Positions 28,309-41,100 of a DNA stretch of 64,000 nucleotides are shown piece after piece. A program made the translations under genes and the position numbers. The notes beneath the pieces were generated by a model that searched no databases, was not told the origin of the DNA, and was given only the letters and a program-made list of their open reading frames with translations. Every line of letters starts with the position of its first letter. Position 1 is the first letter of the stretch. The stretch is from contig MEDY01000149.1 in NCBI GenBank assembly GCA_001724265.1, positions 1 to 64,000 on the forward strand, written 5' to 3'. The DNA comes from Rhizaria sp. SCN 62-66. Lineage: Eukaryota.

Positions 28309-30546
28309 TCACTTATCGGCGTCGAGGAACGCCTGAATCACGCGCGCGGAGAACGTGTCGGTGGCGATCTTGTTCTTGCCGGAGTACGACGGCAGGTCCG
28401 CGCCGTCGTCCAACTTGCCGCCGCCTCTGGGCCCCTTGCCGTCGAGCGGCCCCGGTCCCGGCAGCCCGGGCATCGGGAACGCGTCCTCGTCATCGTCGTC
28501 GTCGTTGCCGTTGCCGCCGCCGTGTCCCCCGAACCCGTCAGCGCCTCTGTAGTGCTCCGGCGCGGCCGTGATCTCGACTTCGCCGCGTCCGCCCCTGGCA
28601 CCGCGCCCGCGGTTCCCTGCCGCGCCCAGGGAGAAGGCGCCGTTGGTGGCCGCGGCGCTGCTGATGTTGGCGGCATGTGACAGACTGTGCCGCGGTTGCG
28701 CGAGCGGGGACAGCCGCGCGCGCTCGGGCACCTGCAGCAGCTGCGCGGGCGACATGCGGCCGACGAGCGGGGACAGACGCCCGTTGCCCGCGTTGCGCGA
28801 GACGCGGCCAGTCGCCGTCGCCGAGGGCAGCGAGCCCAGCGCGGGCGACGCGGACGACAGCAACGGACTCGGCGCGGGCGGGTAGCCCATGCCGTACACC
28901 GCGCCCGCGCCCACGCCGCCCGCGGCAGCGCCGGCACCGGCGCCGGGGCCGCCGCCGTACTGCGCAGAGAGCGAGGGCAGGCGCCGCGGGACGCCGGGCA
29001 CGGGCGACGGCGAGGGCGCGAACCTCGTGCTGCCGCCGAGCCCGGCGCTGACCGCTCCCGCGCCCGCGCCGCTGGTGTAGAGCCCGCCGCCGCCGCTGCC
29101 CGTGGCGGCGCTGCCGGGGGACTGCGTGGCGCCGGCCATGGCGACGAGCGGCGCGGCGATCTCGCCGTGGTTGACCGACAGCCCGCGGCGCAGCGACGAG
29201 AGCCCCAGCATGGCGCTCGCGCGCGCGGCCGACGCGGCGACGAACTCGGCGTCAGATGTGCCCGCGCCGTACGCGCCCGTAAAGCCCGGCGTCGGCGAGT
29301 GGCTGGGCCGGTGCGCGGCGGCAACCGCGCGGGAGGTGATGGAACGCGAGGGGATGGCGGAGGAGAAGCCGCCCGCCGGGTCGTCGTCGTCGCCCTGCGT
29401 GTGGCTGCTATGGCGGCCGTAGTTGTCGCCCAGACTGCTGTGCGCGCCCTCGCGCCGCGGCGGGCGCGTCGTAGAGCCGCGCCCCACGACCGCGCCCGCG
29501 CCGCCAGCAGCACCGACACCGACACCGACACCAGCGCCAGCTGCAGCGGCGGCGGCGGCGCTGCCATGTGTGACGCCAATGCGGGAGCCGCGGCCGTGAA
29601 TCTGCGTGCTGGGCGAGTCGCCACTGACGCTCGCGCTGCCCGCGCCGTTAGCGGCGCCATGGTTGGGCGTGTGGCCGCCGAAGACCGCATTCGTGGGCGA
29701 GCTGCGGCCGTAAATCGAGTACAAACCCTGGCTCGGCGTCGGTGCAACACCGCCGTTGTTGTTTGCGAAGTTGTTATTGTTGTTGTAGATTGAGGAAAGG
29801 CCGTCTGGACGACGGGGAGGTTGGCCACTGTTGTTGTACACGTCAACGCCGACAACGGGAGAGTTGGCGCCGGCGCTCGCGAAGGCCGCGGCGGCCGCGA
29901 GCGCGGGGCTGGGACCGGGAACGACACGGTGGCCGCTCGCGGTAACGCTGCTGTTATTAGTGTTGCTGTTGTTGTAGTAGTAGTTGTTGTTGTTGCCACT
30001 CCCGTTGTTGATGTTACTGTTACCACCCAGACGGCCACCCGCGTTTCCCTGGTCACCGTACAGAGGCGGGGCGGGCGCGACAGAGGCGCCGGCGCGGCGC
30101 GGAACAACCTGCCCCATTTCCACGTCGCCGCCGCGCGTCACGACGCCCGGGTGCGCGCGGTCGGCCGCGGCGGCGGCCTCGAAGGCGGCCGGGTCGTCGC
30201 GGGGGCCTGCGGCGAGGACTGCGACATCGTCACGGTAGTTGTACAGGATCTCGTAGCCGTGCGTCTGCGCCAGCGCCTGCACGCGCGGCATAACGTCGCA
30301 CATCTCGCCCGTGGTGTAGGGCGCTTGGCAGAGGAACTGACCGCAGCACCAGAGGTAGAGCACGGCCGTGAAGAGCATCAAGCCAAAGCAAACAGGACCT
30401 ATGACACCGGTGAAGAAGTCATCGAAACCCAACGGGGACTGCGGTGTGTAGGTTAACCAATACCAGGACTCAGCGTGCGAGGAGTGCACGCCGACGCACA
30501 GCAGCACGCACGACAACAGCGCGCGCCGCGCTGTTGATGTGCGCAT
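28309..30546 (-). CDS. Type I single-pass membrane protein with signal peptide, very short ectodomain and long low-complexity cytoplasmic tail (745 aa)
   Basis: Signal-like ALLSCVLLCVGVHSSHA, TM segment GVIGPVCFGLMLFTAVLYLW followed by CCGQFLC, then an Asn/Gly/Ser/Pro-rich tail. Ends in TGA. Confidence 0.75.
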   Translation of the reverse strand: MRTSTARRALLSCVLLCVGVHSSHAESWYWLTYTPQSPLGFDDFFTGVIGPVCFGLMLFTAVLYLWCCGQFLCQAPYTTGEMCDVMPRVQALAQTHGYEILYNYRDDVAVLAAGPRDDPAAFEAAAAADRAHPGVVTRGGDVEMGQVVPRRAGASVAPAPPLYGDQGNAGGRLGGNSNINNGSGNNNNYYYNNSNTNNSSVTASGHRVVPGPSPALAAAAAFASAGANSPVVGVDVYNNSGQPPRRPDGLSSIYNNNNNFANNNGGVAPTPSQGLYSIYGRSSPTNAVFGGHTPNHGAANGAGSASVSGDSPSTQIHGRGSRIGVTHGSAAAAAAAGAGVGVGVGAAGGAGAVVGRGSTTRPPRREGAHSSLGDNYGRHSSHTQGDDDDPAGGFSSAIPSRSITSRAVAAAHRPSHSPTPGFTGAYGAGTSDAEFVAASAARASAMLGLSSLRRGLSVNHGEIAAPLVAMAGATQSPGSAATGSGGGGLYTSGAGAGAVSAGLGGSTRFAPSPSPVPGVPRRLPSLSAQYGGGPGAGAGAAAGGVGAGAVYGMGYPPAPSPLLSSASPALGSLPSATATGRVSRNAGNGRLSPLVGRMSPAQLLQVPERARLSPLAQPRHSLSHAANISSAAATNGAFSLGAAGNRGRGARGGRGEVEITAAPEHYRGADGFGGHGGGNGNDDDDDEDAFPMPGLPGPGPLDGKGPRGGGKLDDGADLPSYSGKNKIATDTFSARVIQAFLDADK

Positions 30547-32113
30547 CAGAGGCCGAGGGCGCAGCTGGAGAGCGTTTGTGTTTGAAACGACTGCCTGTCA
30601 ATCAATTAAGTCACACCCTGGTCTACTTCTATAGGATTAGAATCTGCGGCAAAAATATAATATACAAAGTAGATTTTAGTCTCATGTTATGTTGTTAAAT
30701 TCGGCATCTACGGTGGTTGTGAACCTCGCATGAAGTATTTAGGTCGAGTTTCCCGATGAAGGCAGTGTCACTTGGCCGGACGATCTACGAATGTCTGGAC
30801 AATCACAATCACATGATCACATTGCATCACTGACAAGTAATGATGAGCTCCATGGCGGTCCTTGATCTCACATGAAGCAGTGCCGCTTATATGGCGATAA
30901 AATAATAAACTATGTATCCCAACGTTGTGTTGTAAGCAACTAAGCTCACTAAATGTCATGGTTACACAAAAGTGGATCCGTTTTGCCTCGGTCGCCTCAT
31001 GAACAGCAGCCTGAGGGAAAGTCTCAAACCACGAAATTACCTTGCTAACAGATTTGCACCGTCATTAACGTCGGTAAAAATCCGAAGCACAATAATGGTA
31101 GATTCTTCTAGTTGCGCTCGCGCCGCCGTATATTTGACAGAATTAATACAAAACACGGATGCGCAGGGTTCCCAAATGCATACCTCAGCAGCAATGACAA
31201 TGAAGGTACGACTTGGTACGATAGGGTAAGGCCTTCTGATCGATACCGCTCACAAGCGACCAGTCAAAACACTCACACGAGGGTCCGTTATAAAGGCGTG
31301 CATGTAACCTGAGAACTTTCGTCACTGCCGGATTGGCAAAGACGGCTCCAGTCTCAGTCGTGTTCAAGTGTGACATTATTAATATGAACATCGTAAAATA
31401 ACATTGATAACGTTGCTCTCCTTGCACATTTGTACACATTGCGCAATAATCGTACCTCCTAATGTATCTAATGGAGTATGAGGCTGCCCAACAACGAGAT
31501 AAGCATTGGCAGAGTCGCTCGAAGTCAGCGCTAAGACGACGTCACTTAAGAGCCAACAGATTCCATGGCATAGCAGGGTTGCACAATGTTTGGCAACGAA
31601 ATGAAGAAAGTCGCACAATCTAGCTGTAGTGTGTGAACAATACTCGCCCAGCAATCTTAATAGACAACGTGAATCAGGAGCTACTGTACATTCGAACGAG
31701 TAAGGGAAGCATTGGAGAGCAGCCGTTGCAAAATCGTATGCTTGCAGAGATGCTTTAACAACGCGGCTGCATAGTACAATCAAAAAGCAAAGAGATACGT
31801 ATTTGGGTGTCACGAATCACACGTCAATTGACATGTTGACGATCAGAATTACGTTATCATTGACTTTGAATAACGGTGCAACCACGCTCCTCTTCAAAAC
31901 TCGATTCTCAAGGCTTTGAATCGTTGCTCTTTGACGATAGCGTCCACGATAATCTGATCGTCAGAAGCAATTAATTTTGACTATGATAATCAATCATCTG
32001 TATTCCGTGCGAAAACTGTATTATATCTCTTGAAGCCATCTCATCACCGCTACACCAACAACTTTCTCACACTCATCAGTTTTTCTGTTTCTTGCCTCGT
32101 CCTCCAGCCTCCA

Positions 32114-35100
32114 ATGCTGCCTCACAAGGCAGACTCTTCAGGGACACAGCCAACCCCGCGCCTAGCAGGCCCACCCCGCCCTTCACACGTGCCATCATAT
32201 CCGTTGCACCCGACTGACGCCGCGCTTCCTCCCGCCCGTGTCCCCGCGCCGCTTCAGCCCAGCGACATCACTTCGCACGCCTTCGTTGCGTCCCAGCAGG
32301 ATGCTGCCACCGGGGTCGGACTGACGCCCGCGCCGTCGGGTTTCCGCCGCCCCGCATCCGCGCGTGTGATTCACTCGTCCGCTGGCGATACATACCTCTA
32401 CGCGGCCAATGCGGCTGCCTTGTCTCAGGTCGCCAACGGCTCGCAACCGGAATCTGACGACAACCCACGGCGCTCGTTCAAACCGCTGCGTCCACCGGTT
32501 GCCGCAACAGACCGAAGCAACGCCTTCGCAACAGATGGCAGCCGCGTGCGCAAGTTCTTTGCTACGCGCCCCGCAACAGCGCGTTCGACAGTGCCTGCAG
32601 CGAAGGCGAGTGCTCCTCCTGCTACTCCGTCCAACGACTCGAATGACACAGAAGAGTGTGTATGCGGCCGGCCGGAGTGTGCCACGTGCAGTCCTCCTGC
32701 GCCCGCGCTAGTGCGGCCGACCCTGGGCCCGTTTCTGGCCGCGCACGGTCTGCTCACGGTCCCCCGCGAGTACCACGTATTCGGACCACGCTTCGCGGCC
32801 ACTACGGCCGCCACTGCTGCTGCCACTGCCGCTACTGCTGCTGCCGCAACTGCTGCTGCCGCAACTGCTGCTGCTGTTACTGCAGAGGTCCACAGCTTGA
32901 AGGATGACGTCGCTGTCTCGAGCGTGGACAAGCAAAACGAGGATGGCGATGTTGACATTGCCAGCGTCGGTGCGACAGCAACTGCGCCCACGCTACCAAA
33001 TCACGAAAACGAGAGTGAAACTGAACACATTGACCCTGTGTTGGGTGGAATGTGCTTTCTTGAGTATCTTGGAGACTGGGCGCTTGCCACTCTCGACGCT
33101 TCACTACTGCGGCAATCCCGCTCACAGTCTGACACATCGTCGCATGCCGACAGTTCTGCCGCGCTGCGTGGCTTGCGCGCAGTGCTGTCTGCAGCAGCCG
33201 CTGCGTTTTTGGGGCCCGCACCCACTGCGACACCGGGCGAGGACAACGACGTCGATCCCGGTACGCTGACGGCGACTTCTAAGACTGCACAGGAAGATGG
33301 ATGCGGTGTCTTTACAGGGAACCTCACTGCGGCTGCAGTTGCAATCACTGACGTGACCGCGCGGCTTGTGCTGCTTTGCGCCAATGACTCTGCCGAAAGT
33401 TCCGACAAGACAGAGAAAGAACAACTCACCACGTTTGGCGAATGGCTTTGCACCTCTGCGATGGCGAACTTTGCGACTCCAGTCTCAATGACCCGCGATT
33501 GCAGCGGGGGCGACAGCGCTGCGCGCGCGGTATCCGCTGTGTGCGCTACGGGCGCAGCGTGGGCTGGTGCACTTGCGCCTGCGCTCGCGACTGCTCTTGA
33601 CGTTACTGGTTGGCGTGCGCAGACCGCGAGCGAGTCACAATCGCATCGCAATTGGGCTGTGCTGCCGCTTTCACCATTTGTTGGGGCCGCACTCAAGCAG
33701 GAGTTGGCGTGCGGCACTGCAACACCAGAACACGACGCTGTTGATGCCTCCGCTGCTGGCACGGCGGACGCGGAGCCACGTTTGGCTCTGGCCCGGCTGT
33801 TGCCCGTGCTGCGCCTGTTGACCGACGTCGCCAGCGCGCCGCCCCGGCTCTGGGCTGGACTGGCCGCTGCTGTCGCAACTGCGTTGTCCACTGCCGTGCC
33901 CGCCGCAGTCGCTGCCGCTGTTTCTGCCGACTTTGACAGCGCCTCCGTGCGGGTTTTGAGAGATGCTGTTGCGATCGTGAATGCGCTCGCGGTGGCAGCA
34001 ACACGGGCCCCCGGCGCTAGCCTGCAATGGGCGTTGCTCCTTGCGCTCATAACTGCGCGCCCCCTTAGTCATGTTGTCAGTGCACACAAAGCGCACACCA
34101 ACGTAGCGGCTGACGCGCTTGCTGCTGTCGCGACGGCAGCGACAGCCGCCGCCGTGGGCTTCCCCGCACTGCCCACGCATGCGCTACTGCCGCGCGCCGT
34201 AACGGGGCTACTTCTAAGTCACGCTGTCGCACTTACTCTTGCCGCTGCACCTGCCACTTCGCGTGCCGTCGGACATCTGCCACCGCTCGTTGCGGCGTTG
34301 CTGCCCACAGTCAGTCTCGCGCTGACGACGGGCGACCCCGCGGCAGCCTGCGCCGGCGCCGCGCCCGCTGCGGCCGCCGCCGCCACTGCGACCGCGCGCG
34401 CCGCGTCAGTTGCCGCTGCGCTTGTTGGTCGGCCCTGGCGCTCGTGGCGAGCTGCGCTTGCAGCAGCCTTTACCTCCGGTGAAAACTCGGCCGCTGTCAG
34501 TCCTGGCGACGCGATACGCAGTGAAGCGGAGGCAGCGATGATGTTGGTGGCCACGTTGCTGCCGCCTGAGGCCCTTGACTGGCTTCTTGCGATTGGCGAC
34601 GGCTGCGCATGCTGCGATGGCAATGGCGTTGCACACAATTGGACGCGCGACGGTGTACTCGCCACAAGTACTTCTGCGGCAGTTTGCGACTGCTATTGGG
34701 ATGAAGGTGGTGTTACAAATGCGGTGCAAAGCCCTGCGCTGCCGTTTCTGCCGTTTTCGCCGCTGGAGGCGTCGGACCGCGAATGGCTGCACAATGCACT
34801 GGCCGCTTCTGCGGGTCCCGTGGCCGCGCCGTCGCTGACAGCTGCCGCGTCAACTGAGGCACCCGAGGCCGCAGCTGTGCATACTGCTGTAGCAGTCGAG
34901 CTCGTCACCGCACTGCGCGCCGCCGCAACAACGGCAGCAGCGCGTGCCCAGCGGCGGTGCGCGTGCGAGCTGTGGGCGGCTCTGCGGGGTGGAGCTGTGA
35001 CGGCACTCGCGGGGAAGGCGCCTCAGCTCGACTATGCAGTGCAGTATGCGGCGGGGCTGATTGAAACTGGGAGTAACGGGATGAGTGTCGTTGATATGGA

Positions 35101-38100
35101 CGCGTTACAGCGCAGTGCGCGCCAGCTTTGTGAAGCGCCGTGGGAGACTGCGCACAGCTATCTCGCTCCGCACTCTGCCCTGCCGACCCGCGCTGCCGCA
35201 GCTGCTGTTGCAGCGATCGCAGCGGTGGCTGAGCTCGCGGCCGCTGCAGCGTCTGCTGCAGCATTGGCTCCGTCGGCTTCTGCGACGCCTTTTGATGCAG
35301 CCTCTGTATCACAGAGCAAGAGCCCGCGGAGCAACAGCGACTTCGGCGACTCTGCGCTGCCCAACGCGACCGCAGTGCGCTCATTGCTGCAGCCGCCGCC
35401 GCGACGTTTCGACTCATCACCACTGCCGCCTGCGCAAGCCGCACTCTCCGCTACTTTTGTCGGGCCGCGTCTGACCGCCGCTGCGCACGCCGCGCGCGCA
35501 GCCGCTGCGGCTGCCGTCGAGCGGACGGCCGCGGCGTCCGCCGCGCTGCGTGCGCGCGTTGAGCTGGAGCGCGCACGCGCGCAGTCTGAGGCACTCGCGC
35601 ATGCGCGTACGGCGCGCGTTGCGCCGGCAGTGACTGTAGGCCATGAAGACATGCTTGTACTGGCTGAAAGCATTGCTGCAACAGACTCTTCTGAAGGCAA
35701 GAGCGACGGCGATGATGACATGCGTGCAGTTAGTACGGGAGACGGTGCGCGCGATGGCGAGAGTGACGAAAGCTGTTCTACCGCACCCTATGCGTAGTTG
35801 CTGCCGGATGCGCCCTGTCGCTGCATGTCGCGGGCGTTCCTATCTGGCGATGCGCCGCTGTGGACTCTAGCCTCAGTGCCACTGCTTTTGGGCGAGCCCG
35901 GGCCCGCACACAGTCAATTTCACGGTTCGGCCCGTGAACCGCATCTGCGCTTGCAGTGGGTCGACGCCCCCGCTTCGCGACCGGTGTTTGAGCGCGTTGC
36001 AGCCAGCGAGGAAGAATGGCTTGCGCTCGTGCATGCACGCACATTCGTGCTCGCCTCAGCCTCTGCTGCACTGAGATCCGGCTCGAACCTACCTGATGCA
36101 CCTTGCTGTGCTGCTCTTCCGCCAGCATCGCCCTCGCTTGCTGCTTTGTTGCTACTGACGCACACACGCCTTGCGCTACGGCCCTCGACTGCGACGCTCG
36201 CAACGCGTATTGCTGCTGCTACTGGTGCCATTGTTGGCACTGCAACTGCGACTGAGTCCAGCACCCTCCCCGGTGACGCTGTTGCGGACTCCACAGCATC
36301 GACCGTCTCAACCGCGTCCACGCACAGATCATTTGCTCCCACAGAGAGGATGCTGACTGTGGCATCTGCGGCTGCATCGCAGCTCGCCGCTGGCGCCGCT
36401 GCTCGTCGAGCCTTTGTGTTCGGCGCGCTTGGATGCGGATGGGGTTGTGACACCCTTGCTCCTGATGCCACTGCTGCGGCGTTGCCTCTGACTTTCCTGC
36501 TTCCGCCCGCCTGTCCGCTGCCTGTTCCTGCTGATACGACCCTCAATCCAGCGCCCCCGCTCACGGTGCCTGTGCTGTCAGAGCTGCCTCTTGCGCCGCT
36601 CCTGCTTGCGGCCGTGGGCGCACTCGCGCACGCCGCTGCCGCCGCGGCCACAAGCGCGGCCGCGGGTGCGGGGGTAACGTGGCTGTCTGAGAGTCTATTC
36701 CAGAGCGCGCACTGGCCCGCGCTACTGGACGCAGCCGTTATGGCGTCACAGGCCGCGCCCATGTCCGCCGCTGCTGCAGCCACAGCGCGCGCGGCGCGCG
36801 CACAAATGCGACTCCGTGATCGTGCCGTCGCATCGCAGCTCACCGCGCTCGCGGCCGCACACAGTGCTTCTAACGCGAGCACCGCTGATTGGCTGTTGGC
36901 GGCGCCAGACTGGGCGCGCTCGGAAGCGCTGGCACGTGCGGGCGCGGGCGTGTCTGCGTGTGCATTGGCTGCGGACTCTGCTGCCAAATGGTCCATCTAC
37001 TGGTACGTACGTGCTGACGCTGCAACGGCAGCTTCGCTTGCTACCACACAGTCCCCGAATGTCAATGCAGGTGACGGCGCTAGTGCCGCCAAGCCTGAAG
37101 CACCAGGGACGGTGGGCGTGGTAACCGTGTGCACTGAGTCCGCCGTGGCCGCTGAGGCAGAGACGCTTGCCGCAGTGCCATTCCGTGCAGGCCCGCTGAC
37201 TTGTGCTTGCGTCTATCATAGCGCAGCGTATAATACGGACTCTGCCTCGGACGCTTTACAGCAGAAACCAGGACTGATCCCGTCTGCTCCGCGACTGCGC
37301 TGTGTGTCGCCCGTGTTGCCGCAGTCAAGCTTGTTTTTGTCTGAGACGCGCACGATGCTTGCAGCTTATTGGCCTTGTACGGATGCCCCACTGCTTTCTT
37401 CTGTGACGGTGACGCAGTCGGCACCCTATGCTGCAACCGCGACAGCCTCGGCTGCTGCGGCTCTTTTAGTGCTGTTGACGCCGCACCCCGGGTGGGCGCG
37501 CCGCCTTGCTGCCGCAGCTGCAGCGACCACTGCGATGGAGGGCGAGCGCGGCTGCAATCGCCGGCGCGAGCGGCAGCGCTGGCGTCTGGCGAACATTCTC
37601 GCCGCGCCCGGCACCGCCGCCGCCGAACGCAAAGCTCTTGGCGGCGCAGACATAAGCGACATTGATGCCAATGATGCGGAGAGCGACGACGAGAACGGTG
37701 CGAGATATGGCATTGATACAGTCGGCGCTGAGAACGACGGTGAGCGCGCTTCGCTGGTCGGGGCAATGACGGAGCTGGGCCGCGAGGCACTGTACCGCAT
37801 CACGCATGCGTCCTCGCTTGCAGCTGCTGCAGCTCTCGCAGAGGCGGCAGCGGAGGTAACTGCGTCGGACACTGCTGCTGCGCGTTCTTATGGTGTATCA
37901 CTATCTTTGCGTCCTCCTAGTGAGCAATGGGAGCTGACCTCGATTGCGCCACCTCTGCCGCAAAGCTCGCCCACACAGCCGCCACCGCCATCGCTTGTTG
38001 CAGCTGAAACCACGCGCGCGGTCGCGCTACGTTTGCTTTGTCGTCTTGCACAACACGCGCGCGCCCGCGCCGCTGCGCTCGAAGGCTCTACACCCCACAA

Positions 38101-41100
38101 AACGATTGACGCTCGATCCGCAGCGCTCGATGCGGCTGCCCGGTGCGAACGCAGCGCTGCGACTGCGCGTGCACTTGCACTGGGTGCGTGGGCGTTACTG
38201 CTGCCGCCGCTGGCCTTGGCGTACGCTGGCGCAGACGCCGACGCTGACCCTGCAGCTGCTGCCGCAGGTGTCGGTGCCGGTGGCGGCTCTCCAGCTGCGG
38301 ACTCAGTCGTTACCGCGCGCTTTGGCGACTTCAAAGATAACAGTGCACCCAACAGTGGCAGCATCCGTGTGACCGGTACCGTTCCGATGCCAGCCGGTAG
38401 TATGCGTGTCGAACTTGACCCTGTGTCGCTAGCGCGCGCCGCTACGGCGGCTGATGCGAGCGCTGCCGGTGGATTGTCGCCAGCTGCCACAGTTGCACTG
38501 ACAGCCGCTCTGGGAGCCGCAGTGCCACTTGCAGTTGCAACCATTACCACGGTCTCTACAGACACGCTGCCCCTGAGCGGCGCAGCGTACAGTGGTCCTG
38601 GCGTCACGATTGCAGTGCAGCAGCAACCGCCACGCACTGCTGTGCGACACACCGTCACGCTCTCGGCGTGGGGACGATGTGCGAGCGCGCCCGTGCCCGC
38701 GCTCTCCGCATCGTCGCTGCTGCGTGGCGGCATGCTGGACCTGGCTGTGACGCTTCTTGCGGTCAATCCCAGCCCTGCGCCGCTTGCCGCCGCACTTTCC
38801 CCCGCCGCTGCGGCGTCGCAGTGGTCTGAATACGTCGGCACTGACTTGTGCGGTGTGCTTGCGAGCCACCTCGCATGGGGCGTTGTAGAGCGCCTTGTGC
38901 GTGCGCGGCCGATGGACGTGCGCGTTCGCGTGCGGAAGGCCCCTGCACCCGCGTCACCCGCGCGCGCAGCCGCACGCGCGCTGCTGCGTGGCCTTGATGA
39001 AGCCGCTGTCCTGCACGATAGACTGCGTTCTGGGGCACGCGACCGACAAGGCGGCAAGGCACGTCGTGGCAGGGACGACCTTGATGGTCGGTGTGACGGT
39101 GAAAGCGACGATCAAGCTGGAGATGAAGGCGAAGTTATCGATCTCCGTCTTGCCCCCGAGCTTGAGGCCGACTTGTGGAGTGGCATGGATACAAGAGCGG
39201 CGACCGCGTCATCAACTTCTGCGGCCTCTAGCAGCAACAGTGAGAGGAGTAACGTTGGCCACATTGACGCTGGAGCACCGCCTTCAGGGTCACTCATGGC
39301 ACGACTTGCACACAAGTCTTATCTCGCAACATTGCTGGGGCGATTGTCCAACGCGCGTCCGCGCGCGCCGTTTTTTGGAGTCTCGCACCTGTCGCTTGAG
39401 CTCTTTGGCAGTGACCAAGCCATGTGGAGTCTTGCGCCTGCACTTGCAGCGTGCGTGCACGCGCACAGCCACGGACATGTCCACGGGGATGGCGACAGCG
39501 AGGGCGCGCCTCGTGGCCGCGTCCTGCTGATTGCGCCAACAGGGCTTGGCGCAGCACTTCTTGCGAATGCCAGTGCAGACATTGCACCGCAAGACTCCAA
39601 CGGGACTGCCACCACTGATGGCTCTGCAGGTCCGCGACTTGCAGTTGGCGTGCGCGGCGCTGAGGCGGTGCTTGCCGCTACTGCCTCCGCGTTGACACCG
39701 CCTACGTTTACCACGCAGTACACTGCAGAGTCAGGAGCCAGCACTGTCTGTACGTTTCCATCTGCGGAGGTTCTCGTGCTCTCTGCTCTCACGTACGCAC
39801 CGCGTCCCACGACCGCCGCTGTAGCAGGTGTTGCGCCTGTTGTCACTGAAGCAATCACTGCTGCGGGGCGCGTGGGCGGTGCATGGGACGCCGAGGCGCT
39901 GCCATCGCACGCACTACGTAGACTCTGGACATACACGCGCTGTCTTGCAACGCTCACAGCCGCATCACAGCCCCGCGCCAGCGCGGGCGTGATGCGTGCG
40001 CGCGTTTTTGTGCAGTGCGACTTGCGGCCTCTGTGGGCTGCGGCAGATGCGCACGCACGTCGGAGTCGTCGCTTCTCGTCAAAGTGTCTGAAACAAGTCT
40101 CCACGGCCAGTACTGACTTCAACGCGGGTGCCACTGAGCCCGCGTCAGCGGCTGCAGTTGCGCAAGCAGGCTTTGCCCCAACGTCAACACTGCAGGCCTT
40201 TTTGGCAGCGTGGACTGAGAAGCTTGCTGCTGCGGAACGACGCGAGGCGCGGCGAGCACATCGGACACGCATGCTCACACAGAAGCTGCGTCTTGCCGGC
40301 GAATATTCGCTGCGATCAGCGTCGGCTGCTGCGTCCGCTGCGTTGTCGGCGGTTAGCATGAGCGACGATGAAGCTGAAGCGTGTGACACTGCAAATGTCA
40401 CGATGGCAGATGCTGTTGTTTCTGCAGAAGGCTCTGATGAGGATGAAGACGAAGATGAGCTTGACTTTGAGTTCCCTCTGTCAGCTGCGCAGCAGGCGCG
40501 CTTTAACGGACAAGGACAAACTGGTGGTGATGACGACTATGGGCAGGATGACTGGGCCGGCACGGGCTATTACGCTCCCCTGGCTCCGTCCCTAGTTGAG
40601 CCCTTTGCTGCAGGTGACGCCACGGCGACTGGGAACCCCACAGAGACTAAAGCTGTTGCTGCGCTGAACGTTCCCCGCTCACGCCCGGTGCATGTGCCAA
40701 CGCAGGCTCGCGCTCTGCGCCTGTTGTGTTTGACGACTCCGCCGCCGTGGCGCCCGCTTCCGCACGCAGTGGCAGCTTCGCCCGCCGCCGGTGAGCGCGG
40801 TACATTGACTGTAGATGCAGTTTTGCGTGTGTCGTGGTTGCCGCCGTTGCCGTGGCTACCCGTCGGCCCCCGCCCAGTGACTGTGGCTGACCTTGCCGCA
40901 GCCGCTGAAGAGGCCGTGCGGTTTACGCCGCCAGAGCCCGCTACAGCACCATCCGTAAATGATGACGCGAGTAGCACAGAGAAGGCTGCGGAGGCAGCAA
41001 GGCTTGGACTTGCGCTGAGCAATGCAGCGTCGTCAGCGGCGACAGCGGCCGCAGTTACGGCAGCCTCTCAACTTGAAACAGCATTACTGCAAGCGTTCAG

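Noticed and set aside
31379-31813. 144-aa minus-strand ORF in the 30.5-32.1 kb spacer
   Set aside because: Non-ATG start, no coding-type bias, no recognisable motif, and no transposase or terminal repeats seen.
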